Shown here piece after piece: positions 27,811 through 35,659 of a DNA stretch of 64,000 bases (positions are counted from its first letter, which is position 1; each line of letters opens with the position of its first letter). The stretch comes from a virus: IMG/VR virus record IMGVR_UViG_3300044998_001035, positions 1-64,000 of that record; one strand, given 5' to 3'. The notes below the pieces were generated by a model that saw nothing but the letters and a program-made list of their open reading frames with translations, made no database searches and was not told the DNA's origin. A program made the position numbers and the translations under genes.

Positions 27811-28605
27811 TCGGGCTCGATCGCCTGCCGCCCGAGGGCCGGGCCGAGTGGCTGGAGTGGGAGGCAATCGACGTGGCCTGCGGCGTCTGGCAGTCCAAGG
27901 TGGACCGCTCGCGGCGGGCGATCGCGGAACTGGCCGGCTCCGTCCCGTGCTTCTGCGCCGAGTCGTGGGGGAAGGACGGGGTCGTGCTGGCCCACCTGTG
28001 CCGGGCCGTGAACATGTCCATCCCGCTCGTCCACTTCCGGGCCCGGGGCCCGCGCGACCCCGACGCGGACGCGACCCGGGACGCCTACCTGGCGGCCTTC
28101 CCGGGGCAGCGCGTCGTCGAGGTCGAGGTGGACGCCGGCCCGCCCGGCGTTGCCGACGACGGGAACGGGGCGGCGGGGCCTCCCGCCGCACGAGCTGGAC
28201 CGCGAGACGGACGCGGCTTGGAACGCGGCGATCCGGGCCTGCGCCCGGCGCCACGGCCCCCGGCACGTCCCCGGGATTCGCGCCGAGGAGTCGTCGGGCC
28301 GGCTGATCCGGCAGTGGGTGTACGGGGAGGCGAGCCCCAACGGCTGCGCCCCGATCACGCGTTGGTCGACCGCCGACGTGTTCGCGTACCTGGCGACGCG
28401 TCGGCTGCCGGTCCACCCGGCCTACGCGATGCTCGGGGGCGGGCGATGGCCCCGGGAGCGGCTCCGGGTCGCCGAGATCGGGGACACCCACGGCGCCGCG
28501 GGCGGGCGCCGCGAGTGGGAGCGCGAATACTACGGGGACGTGCTCCGCAGGGCCCTGGCGGGCCGGCTCAGCCCCCCCGCGGGGCCGACGCGACCGACAC
28601 CGTGA
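27804..28605 (+). pseudogene. PAPS-reductase (CysH)-like PP-loop protein, frameshifted near 28165-28180
   Basis: SWGKDG PP-loop in one frame; GIRAEES, PITRWSTADVFAYL and LPVHPAY in the +1 frame. Confidence 0.8.
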
Positions 28606-29422
28606 CCGTCGCGGGCCCCGGCACGTACAGCCACGCATAGCCCCGGTCGTCCACGGCCAGCTCCCGGGCCCTTCCGTCCAGCGAGATCGACCAGCCCCGG
28701 CCCGGCGCCATCGCGAGCAGGTAGACGTCCGCCCCATTGGCGCCGATCGAGACGGGGGCGGGGTCGAGCCCGGTCCGGCCCGCGAGCATCAGGACCAGCG
28801 CGTCCCCCAGCCCCGGCCGGCGGACCAGCACCCGGGGCGTCTCGGCGACCTGGACGGCCGCGCCGGGCCCCGGCGGGGCGACGACCGGGGGCGCGGGCCC
28901 CGGGGCGGGCGCGGGGGGCGGCGGTGCCGGGACGGGTGCCGGCGACGTCCCGGGGCCGCCCGCGAGCGCGACGAGCCCGGCCCAGACGGCGCCCGCGGCG
29001 GCGCCGTCGAATCGCCAGCGGGGGGCGTCCTCGCCGCACCACAGGTACACCTCGGGGACGGGGCCGGCCGGCGCGTCCCACGCGTCGCGCAGCGCCAGCC
29101 GGACGACGGCGCCGGGGCGCTCGTCGAGGTACAGGCGGTCGGCCACGACGCGCCGCGCCGCCGCCTCCGCGGGCGCGGCCGGGACGCGGGGCAGCGCCGC
29201 CAGCGCCGCCCAGATCGCGTCCCGCTCCGCGTCCTGGAAGTCGCGCGCGCCCTGGCCCCGGAAGTAGGCCGTCAGCACGCGCCGCGTCGGGGCGGACGGG
29301 TCGGCCCGGAGCAGCGCGAGGTAGATCGGGCTGGCGGGGTCGTCGTCGAGGTAGAGCGCGTCGGCGATCACGTGGCGCACGGCGGGGGCCTCGGAAGTTT
29401 CGGGTTTGAGTCTACAATTCAT
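28568..29422 (-). CDS. Hypothetical protein (start uncertain: 29422 or 29371)
   Basis: Long antisense ORF with internal repeat VIADALYLDD/VVADRLYLDE and a Pro-rich linker. Confidence 0.55.
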   Translation of the reverse strand: MNCRLKPETSEAPAVRHVIADALYLDDDPASPIYLALLRADPSAPTRRVLTAYFRGQGARDFQDAERDAIWAALAALPRVPAAPAEAAARRVVADRLYLDERPGAVVRLALRDAWDAPAGPVPEVYLWCGEDAPRWRFDGAAAGAVWAGLVALAGGPGTSPAPVPAPPPPAPAPGPAPPVVAPPGPGAAVQVAETPRVLVRRPGLGDALVLMLAGRTGLDPAPVSIGANGADVYLLAMAPGRGWSISLDGRARELAVDDRGYAWLYVPGPATVTVSVASAPRGG

Positions 29423-29455
29423 CAGGTATTCTAACCGAATTCGCAATAGAACCCA

Positions 29456-29484
29456 TTGACCCGCGCCGGCGGCGCTGGTAGACA
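29456..29484 (+). promoter_or_regulatory. Candidate promoter for the accessory gene-array-RAMP unit
   Basis: TTGACC-17 bp-TAGACA with a TG extension, at the edge of an AT-rich island (29395-29460). Confidence 0.4.
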
Positions 29485-29573
29485 TGGGTCATGGTGATGT
29501 AAGGCGGGCATGGCGGGCATGGCGCGGCATCGATTGGCACCGGGGACGGGCGGCACGCGAGGAGACGAGCGGC

Positions 29574-30053
29574 ATGGAAATGGCGAGGCGATACCCGCTG
29601 GACTTCGACGCGATCCGGAAGGGGGACGTGCTCACGGCGGACGTCCTCGAGGAAATCTTCGGGGTCGCCCGGTCGCGCCGGGAGTACAGCAGCCGGCAGG
29701 TCGGGCTGGCGAAGCGGATCGAGCGGGAGCTGGCGCTGCGGGGCCGGCCCGCGACCGTGCGGTGCGTGGGGCCGGAGGTGCGCGTGCTGCTGGACGGGGA
29801 GGCGTCGTCGCGCAACGGCCGGCTGTTCGTCCAGTACCGCGGGAGGATGAGCCGGCGGCACGTCAAGATGGTCGAGGTGGACGTCGCGAACCTGACGCCC
29901 GAGGAGCGGGACCGGCACGGCCGGGCGCTGGTCGGCCAGGCGGCCCAGCTCTGCGGGCTCAGGGAGCGCCGCGTCGAGGCTGCGGCGGCGCACAGGCGGT
30001 CCACGCCGGGCCTCGACGCGGGCGGCGCGGGGAGCCTGCCGCCGCCCCCGTGA
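29574..30053 (+). CDS. Accessory protein directly upstream of the pentamer array
   Basis: GAGGAG RBS; basic helical protein; its stop codon abuts the array. Confidence 0.75.
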   Translation: MEMARRYPLDFDAIRKGDVLTADVLEEIFGVARSRREYSSRQVGLAKRIERELALRGRPATVRCVGPEVRVLLDGEASSRNGRLFVQYRGRMSRRHVKMVEVDVANLTPEERDRHGRALVGQAAQLCGLRERRVEAAAAHRRSTPGLDAGGAGSLPPPP

Positions 30054-30486
30054 GGGCCGGCGTGACGGCACAGGGCATGGCGAGGCGGGGCATGGCTGGG
30101 CTGGGCGGGGCAGGGCAGGGCGTGGCGCGGCAGGGCCCGGCTGGGCAGGGGTCAGTGTTTATACCTGCGGCGTGCGGATATCCCCGGTTCGACCCCGGGG
30201 CGCCGCCATCCCGGTATGGCGTGGCATGGCTGGCCAAGGCGGGGCTGGGCCCGGCGGGGCGGGGCTTGGCTGGGCGAGGCAGGGGTCAGTGTTTATGCCT
30301 GCGGCGAGTGGCAAGGCCCCGGTTCGACCCCGGGGCGTCGCGATCCGGCAGGGCGTGGCGTGGCATGGCGAGGCAGGGCGTGGCTCGGCTGGGCGGGGCT
30401 CGGCTGGGCGGGGCTCGGCTGGACAGGGGTCAGTGTTTATACCTGCGGCGTGCGGATATCCCCGGTTCGACCCCGGGGCGCCGCGA
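30054..30486 (+). ncRNA. Array of three GGC-NN pentamer tracts, each closed by a conserved tRNA-like element (putative guide-RNA precursor)
   Basis: Phased tracts at 30074-30148 (15 units), 30213-30282 (14) and 30347-30426 (16). Constant elements at 30149-30206, 30283-30341 and 30427-30484; the first and third are identical. Confidence 0.85.
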
Positions 30487-30548
30487 TGGGGTGCGGGACG
30501 TCCCTGGCCCCGGTCGGGTCCGGTTTTGCATTGGTGGAGGAGGACATC

Positions 30549-31148
30549 ATGCTCATGCACAAGCACGTCTCGTTCATGGTCCGCGGGCTTTCCCCGCTGC
30601 TGCTGCACAACGGGCAGATCGCGAACCCGCTGAACAAGTATGCCAAGGCGCTCAAGGAGATCTCGGCCAAGCGCAAGAAGACCGACGCCGACTACGAGGC
30701 GATGGCGGAGATCGAGTGGATGGGCGGCCTCTACCTCGACGAGCACTCGCGCCCGATCCTCCCGGGCGAGGCGATCGAGTCCGCGTTCCTCAAGGCGGCC
30801 AAGCAGATCAGGATGGGCGAGAAGGCCAAGGCCGGGATCATCTCAGACGGCATGTGGCCGATCATCCACGCGGGCCCCAAGGACCTGGAGGCGCTGTCGA
30901 AGGACCCCAGGTTCCGGGACACCCGCCGCGTCCGGGTCGGGTCGGCGTCGGTGATGCGCACCCGGCCGATCTTCGTGCCGTGGTCCCTGGAGTTCGAGAT
31001 CAGCTACCTGCCCGACCTGTTCAACGAGAAGCAGGTCGTGGACACGGTCGTCACGATGGGCCGAGTCATCGGCGTCGGGGACTACACGCCGAAGTACGGC
31101 CGGTTCGCCGTCGAGTCCTCGAAGGCCGTCGCGCACAAGGCCGCATGA
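30549..31148 (+). CDS. Stand-alone Cas7/RAMP-like protein (Vipr-like)
   Basis: GGAGGAGG RBS; VRGLSPLLLHNG (RAMP beta1), ILPGEAIESAFLKAA, and C-terminal Gly loop GRVIGVGDYTPKYGRFAV. Confidence 0.8.
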   Translation: MLMHKHVSFMVRGLSPLLLHNGQIANPLNKYAKALKEISAKRKKTDADYEAMAEIEWMGGLYLDEHSRPILPGEAIESAFLKAAKQIRMGEKAKAGIISDGMWPIIHAGPKDLEALSKDPRFRDTRRVRVGSASVMRTRPIFVPWSLEFEISYLPDLFNEKQVVDTVVTMGRVIGVGDYTPKYGRFAVESSKAVAHKAA

Positions 31149-31157
31149 CCGCCCCGG

Positions 31158-31186
31158 CCCTGGCGATGCGCGGCGCATCGCCAGGG
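31158..31186 (+). other. 13-bp perfect hairpin just after the RAMP gene (transcript end or stabiliser)
   Basis: CCCTGGCGATGCG-cgg-CGCATCGCCAGGG; no U-tract. Confidence 0.55.
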
Positions 31187-31290
31187 GGCGCGCGGGACGC
31201 CGCGATGCGCCGCGCATCACTCAAGGCGCGGCGCCGGGCGCGCCGATAGACGGGCCGTGGGGCCGAAGGCGCCCCCGGAGGCCCGCCATC

Positions 31291-31522
31291 ATGTACACGG
31301 TCGCGTTCCTGAATCAGAAGGGGGGCGTCGGCAAGACGTCCTCCGCGTACCACCTCGCGGGGGAGCTGGCGCGGCGCGACCTGCGCGTGCTCGCCTGCGA
31401 CCTGGACCCGCAGGCGTCGCTCACTCAGGGGCGAGTTCCTGGTCCGGCTCGACGACCCGCACGCCGACGGCGCGGCGTTCGCGGAGGCCCTGCGGGCCGC
31501 GCTCGCGAAGGCCGCCGGCTAG
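31291..31522 (+). pseudogene. parA: ParA N-terminal fragment joined out of frame to an unrelated C-terminal fragment
   Basis: MYTVAFLNQKGGVGKTSS...DLDPQASLTQG, after which homology stops. Another frame reads EFLVRLDDPHADGAAFAEALRAALAKAAG*. Confidence 0.8.
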
Positions 31523-31740
31523 GCCGGGCGGCACACACGGCGCCCGGATCGCGATTGACTCCGGGCTCGAGTCGTGTTGAGATCGGGATGGGCCGGCCGC
31601 GACGAGCGCCGGCCCGGCGCGGCCCGCCGGCCGTCGCCGCCGGGGTTCGTCGGCCACCCGGGGGGGGATGGCCGGCGTCGCCCCGAGCGGGGCGCCCGCG
31701 CGGGCCGTCGCCGCACCCGGGCGAGGGGGAGGAAGGCGCC

Positions 31741-32274
31741 GTGATCCTCCGCTACGACTCCGAGGCCGGCACGGTGGTCGCCGAGCCGCCACGCGTCTGG
31801 GTGCTGGTCGGCCAGGTCGCCTCCGGCAAGAGCACGTACGCCGCGCGCCGCGCCCGCCGCGGCGCGATCGCGGTCTGCCACGACGATCTGGTCCGCGCCG
31901 TCCACGCGGGCGGGGCCCACGAGGCGGGGCTGCGCGACTTCTACCGCGCGGCCGAGGAGCACCTGGCGTGGTCGGCGCTGGCGGCCGGCCGGCCCGTGGT
32001 GGTGGACCGGACGAACCTGACGGCGGCGGAGCGGCGGCGCTGGGTGGCGCTGGCGGGGCGGGCGGGCGTCGAGGCCGTGGCGGTGGCGTTCCCGCGCGAG
32101 CGCTGGCCGGTCCACGCGCGTCGTCGTCACGAGCACGACGCGCGCGGCCTGACCCTGGCGGGCTGGGGCCGGGTCGCGCTGCGGCTGGAGCGGCAGGCGC
32201 TGGCGGAGCCGCTGGACGCGGCCGGGGAGGGGTTCGCGCGGCGCGTCGACGCCGGCCCGGCCCGGCGCCGGTGA
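31741..32274 (+). CDS. AAA_33 P-loop kinase (polynucleotide-kinase-like)
   Basis: VLVGQVASGKSTYA...CHDDL...VVVDRTNLTAAERRRW. Confidence 0.85.
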   Translation: MILRYDSEAGTVVAEPPRVWVLVGQVASGKSTYAARRARRGAIAVCHDDLVRAVHAGGAHEAGLRDFYRAAEEHLAWSALAAGRPVVVDRTNLTAAERRRWVALAGRAGVEAVAVAFPRERWPVHARRRHEHDARGLTLAGWGRVALRLERQALAEPLDAAGEGFARRVDAGPARRR

Positions 32275-32825
32275 GGCTGCGCCGGGTGGTGACGGGCGGC
32301 CAGTCGGGCGCCGACGTCGCGGCCTGGCGCGCGGCCCGCGCGGCGGGGCTCCTCACCTCGGGCTGGATGCCCGCCGGCTACCTGACCGAGGACGGCCCGA
32401 GGCCGGGATACGCCGAGGAGTTCGGCGCGCTCTGCCTGGACGGGCCTGCGCCGTCCGGCGCGGAGCTGGGGCGGCAGTACGCCGCGCGGCGTCGGATGAA
32501 CGCGGCGTGGGCGGACTGCGCGCTGCTGCTGGGGGACGCGGGCAGCCGCGGGGGCCGCGGCCTCGTCGCGGACTGCCGCGCCCTGGGCGTGCCGCTGCTG
32601 CACTGCGGGCCGGGCGGGGTCGCGCCCTCCGTCGCGGCCGACTGGGTCCTGTCCCACGACCCGCTCGTGCTGCTCGTGGCCGGGAACCGCGGCTCGGCCG
32701 GGCCCGACGTCGAGCCCCGGGCCGGCCGGTTCGTGCTGGCCGTGCTCCGGGCGCTGGCGGACGCGGACGCGACCCTGGGTGCGATCCTGGCGTCCCCGCC
32801 GCCGCGCCTCGCGACCGACCGATAA
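32271..32825 (+). CDS. SLOG-family (circularly permuted YpsA / 'MoCo carrier') protein
   Basis: VVTGGQSGADVAA...GWMPAGYLTEDG...Y..RRRMN...LLVAGNR. Confidence 0.85.
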   Translation: MRLRRVVTGGQSGADVAAWRAARAAGLLTSGWMPAGYLTEDGPRPGYAEEFGALCLDGPAPSGAELGRQYAARRRMNAAWADCALLLGDAGSRGGRGLVADCRALGVPLLHCGPGGVAPSVAADWVLSHDPLVLLVAGNRGSAGPDVEPRAGRFVLAVLRALADADATLGAILASPPPRLATDR

Positions 32826-32857
32826 CGGAAGTTATGTGCGCCCCGACGCCCGGGGCG

Positions 32858-33106
32858 TCACGCCGACGGCGGGAGCCCGTCCGCCAGGCGCCGGACCTCC
32901 CGGGCGATGTCGCGCTCCGCGGCCTGGGCCGCCAGCGCGGTCACGTACTCCGCCACGCTGACCCCGGTCAGGCTCGCGGCCAGCTTCGCCCGCTCCAGGA
33001 CCGCCGGGTCGATCCGCACCGCGGCCGCGTGCCTGCGCACCTCCGACTTCTTGCCCACGCCGGTCCCGCTCCCGCCCCCGTCCCCGCTCCCGTCCCCGCT
33101 CGCCAT
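32858..33106 (-). CDS. Ribbon-helix-helix-type small regulator
   Basis: AVRIDPAVLERAKLAASLTGVSVAEYV; GGAGG RBS. Confidence 0.75.
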   Translation of the reverse strand: MASGDGSGDGGGSGTGVGKKSEVRRHAAAVRIDPAVLERAKLAASLTGVSVAEYVTALAAQAAERDIAREVRRLADGLPPSA

Positions 33107-33186
33107 AACTCCCTCCCCCCGAGATCCCCGCCCGCGCCGGCCCGCGCCGACGACACTCCTCAGCATCGTAGGCGGCCCCGCCGACT

Positions 33187-33249
33187 GTGAACAGTGGCAA
33201 AAAAAATTCCTGGCACACTGTTGACACGGTGTACCGCGATCCGTATAGT
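33187..33249 (+). promoter_or_regulatory. Near-consensus sigma70 early promoter with UP element and operator-like IR
   Basis: TTGACA(33221)-17 bp-TATAGT(33244); upstream A-tract; GTGAACAGTG/CACTGTTGAC imperfect IR overlapping the -35 box. Confidence 0.85.
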
Positions 33250-33296
33250 ATGGGTGTAGGACGCAGCGACGGACACAATCAACCGGAGGCGAGGCG

Positions 33297-33572
33297 ATGA
33301 CGACCCTGACCCCGACTAAGAGCGCGAGCAGGCTGGCCGAGGCGACGAAGCACACCGTCAAGTACCTCAACGACGAGGACCTGTGGGCGATCTTCAGCCC
33401 GGCCGGCGAGGAGGTCAGCTCCGGCTGGGGGACGCGGGCCGAGGCGTGGGAGGGGGCGAGGGAGGAGCAGGACGCGCTGATGGAATCCGCGATCGAGGAG
33501 CGGCTGGCGAGGATGGGCCGGGCCGAGTACCACAAGCTCGCGGCCCTGATGGAAGCGGCGGGGCTCCTCTGA
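33297..33572 (+). CDS. Hypothetical early protein
   Basis: First ORF after the strong promoter; GGAGG RBS. Confidence 0.65.
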   Translation: MTTLTPTKSASRLAEATKHTVKYLNDEDLWAIFSPAGEEVSSGWGTRAEAWEGAREEQDALMESAIEERLARMGRAEYHKLAALMEAAGLL

Positions 33573-33583
33573 GCCCCGCGAGG

Positions 33584-33626
33584 CCCCCGGCAGGCAGGCC
33601 CCCCGGTTCGAGCCCGGGGGCGGGGG
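33584..33626 (+). ncRNA. tRNA-like minihelix (acceptor + T-arm) in an intergenic region
   Basis: CCCCCG-linker-CCCCCGG-TTCGAGC-CCGGGGG-CGGGGG; same architecture as the array separators. Confidence 0.6.
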
Positions 33627-33677
33627 ATGCCCGGATGGGCGAGACGACCACCAACCACCAGCAGAGGAGACGAGACG

Positions 33678-34058
33678 ATGGACGCGACGACGACCAAGAC
33701 GCAAGGCGACCTCCTCGACGCGATCGCGGCCGAACACGAGCTGAACCCGGAGCAACGGGCATTCCTGGGGCCGGACTTCCCGGCCGTCGAGTGGTGGGCC
33801 CACCTAGTAAGCCCGGACACCTCTTATCGTGGCGTTCAGGCGTCCTGGCTGCCGTACGGCAAGTGTGTTGATGCGGTCAAGTTCGACGCCGGGCGCCCGG
33901 CGTCTCGCGTCGCGCTGCTTGTGATCGGCGACGTCGTCCACGAGTGCGACGACCACACCGCGATCGAGTACCACGGGGCCCGCCTGACCGTCGCCCCGTG
34001 CGAGGGCGGGCGGAAGTGGCACAAGGCGGAGATCCACCGCCCCGCCCCCCACTGCTGA
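33678..34058 (+). CDS. Hypothetical early protein
   Basis: GAGGAG RBS. Confidence 0.6.
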   Translation: MDATTTKTQGDLLDAIAAEHELNPEQRAFLGPDFPAVEWWAHLVSPDTSYRGVQASWLPYGKCVDAVKFDAGRPASRVALLVIGDVVHECDDHTAIEYHGARLTVAPCEGGRKWHKAEIHRPAPHC

Positions 34059-34176
34059 CCACCCCCACCCACCCCGGGCCCCGGCGCGTGGCCGGGGCCG
34101 CATCGAGTCGGGCCGGCGGCGCGTGCGAGGCGCCGCCGGCCCCGGAGAGGACCCCCTGTTGCGGAGGAGATCCCCG

Positions 34177-34554
34177 ATGAGCACGTTCGCAGGTCTGCCC
34201 TTCGTGGTCAAGTTCGACAGCCGCCACCCCGCCTCGTACCGCGGCACCCGCCGCCGCCCGTTCGCCGCCGGGATCGACCCCGACGCCCGAACCTGGTTCA
34301 GCCCGCCCCCCAGCCCGGTCGCCAGGCTGATGCGGCATTTGCGTTACCCCCCGTGCAACGTCGAGGCCGCGGAGGCGTGGATCGCCGAGCGCGGCACCGT
34401 GGCGGGCTGCCCCGTGGTCGAGCCCTGGCACGTCGAGGCGATCGACGCCGCGGCCGGCGTCGCCCCCGCCCCCGCGCCGCCCTCGCCGCCGCGCTCGGGC
34501 GTGATCCCGCGCGCGCTGGCGGAGCGGCTGGCCGCGATGGGCAATCCCTGGTAG
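34177..34554 (+). CDS. Hypothetical early protein
   Basis: GGAGGAG RBS. Confidence 0.6.
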   Translation: MSTFAGLPFVVKFDSRHPASYRGTRRRPFAAGIDPDARTWFSPPPSPVARLMRHLRYPPCNVEAAEAWIAERGTVAGCPVVEPWHVEAIDAAAGVAPAPAPPSPPRSGVIPRALAERLAAMGNPW

Positions 34555-34944
34555 GACACCGGCAGGCCGCTTGAACGCGGTGTCGGATTCGGTTGGAATG
34601 GGGCCGGGCGCGCCGATGGTTGCGGCGCGCCCGGCCTTCGGTGTCTCGGTCGCGTGCCCCGGCGCGGGCCTGGATCCGCTCGCCCGACCCCGTGCTCGCC
34701 CGGCTGGGGCGGCTGGCGCTGGCGGCGGCGGGCGACCCGGCCGCCGACGTCCCGCCCCGGCCCGCGCCCCCGCCCCCGCCCCAGCCCCCGCCCGCGCCAC
34801 CCGCCGCCGCGTACGAGTCCGGCATTCAGGCCGATCCGGGATCGATCTCGGTCCCGACGCCGGCTAGGATGGCGGCCGGGGCCGCCGGAGCGGCTGGCGC
34901 GGCGCCGGCCCAGGCCGGCCCGGGTCCGGTCGGGGGCGGCGGCG

Positions 34945-35568
34945 ATGGGGGCGGCACCGGGTTACGTGCTGGGGTTGGCGGACGGGGACGCGCGGGCGCT
35001 GCTGGGGCGCCGGGCGGGGTTCGTGCCGCTGGGGGAGGAAGACCTGACGCGCGCGGGCTGGGCGCGGGCCTGCACGTTCCGGGGGCGCACCCCGGAGCTG
35101 GAGCGGGACGTTGCCTGGCGGCAATTCGCGACCTACTGCCTGCTGACCCGCGGCGCCCGCGTCTGGGGGTACGTGCGGGCGGCGGGTGACGGCCGGCTCC
35201 TGCGCCGGGCGAGCCTCGGGGTCGGCGGCCACGTCGAGCACCGCGACCACGGCGGGGGCGCGCCGACCCTGGCCGGGATCGCGCGCGCCGCCTGCCTGCG
35301 CGAGCTGGCCGAGGAGGTCGGGCTGGGCGTCGGGCCCGGCGCCGCGCCCGCCCTGCGCGGGGCGCTCCTGCTCGACGACGACGACGTGTCCCGCGCCCAC
35401 CTGGGGCTGGTCTACACGCTCCCCTGCCCGCCCGGCCTGGACCCGGCCCCCGCAGAGCGCGGCGTCGAGCCGCTGGGCTGGCTCCCCGCCCGGTCCCTGG
35501 CCGGCTCCGCCCGGTGGGAGGCGTGGTCGCTGGCCCTGATCCCCCTCGCGCCCGCCTGGGCCCCGTAG
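34945..35568 (+). CDS. NUDIX hydrolase (predicted phosphoesterase type)
   Basis: RL...SLGVGGHVE...ACLRELAEEVG Nudix box; VSRAHLGLVY. Confidence 0.85.
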   Translation: MGAAPGYVLGLADGDARALLGRRAGFVPLGEEDLTRAGWARACTFRGRTPELERDVAWRQFATYCLLTRGARVWGYVRAAGDGRLLRRASLGVGGHVEHRDHGGGAPTLAGIARAACLRELAEEVGLGVGPGAAPALRGALLLDDDDVSRAHLGLVYTLPCPPGLDPAPAERGVEPLGWLPARSLAGSARWEAWSLALIPLAPAWAP

Positions 35569-35631
35569 CGACCCCGCCGCGTATGCCGGTTTGAAACCGG
35601 ATACCAATTAAAAAATCACACCGATTCAGTA

Positions 35632-35659
35632 TTGACAGCGGTTAAGGTCCGGTTAGTAT
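35632..35659 (+). promoter_or_regulatory. Sigma70 promoter for ravA/viaA
   Basis: TTGACA-16 bp-TAGTAT with an upstream A-tract. Confidence 0.7.

Noticed and set aside
30167-30208. True tRNA genes here and at 33584, 45767 and 46079
   Set aside because: No full D arm or 7-nt anticodon loop; only acceptor and T-arm are present.
30054-30486. Canonical CRISPR array, or a coding region (ORFs 29510, 30172 and the 30216 N-terminal extension)
   Set aside because: Repeats are 58-59 nt, the 'spacers' are pentamer-periodic rather than foreign-like, and no cas1/cas6 is present. The overlapping ORFs translate to low-complexity G/A/R/W sequence, and the RAMP gene has its own RBS before 30549.
31291-32274. 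Single ParA-kinase fusion protein of 327 aa
   Set aside because: The middle is low-complexity read-through, and the kinase has its own RBS and GTG at 31741.
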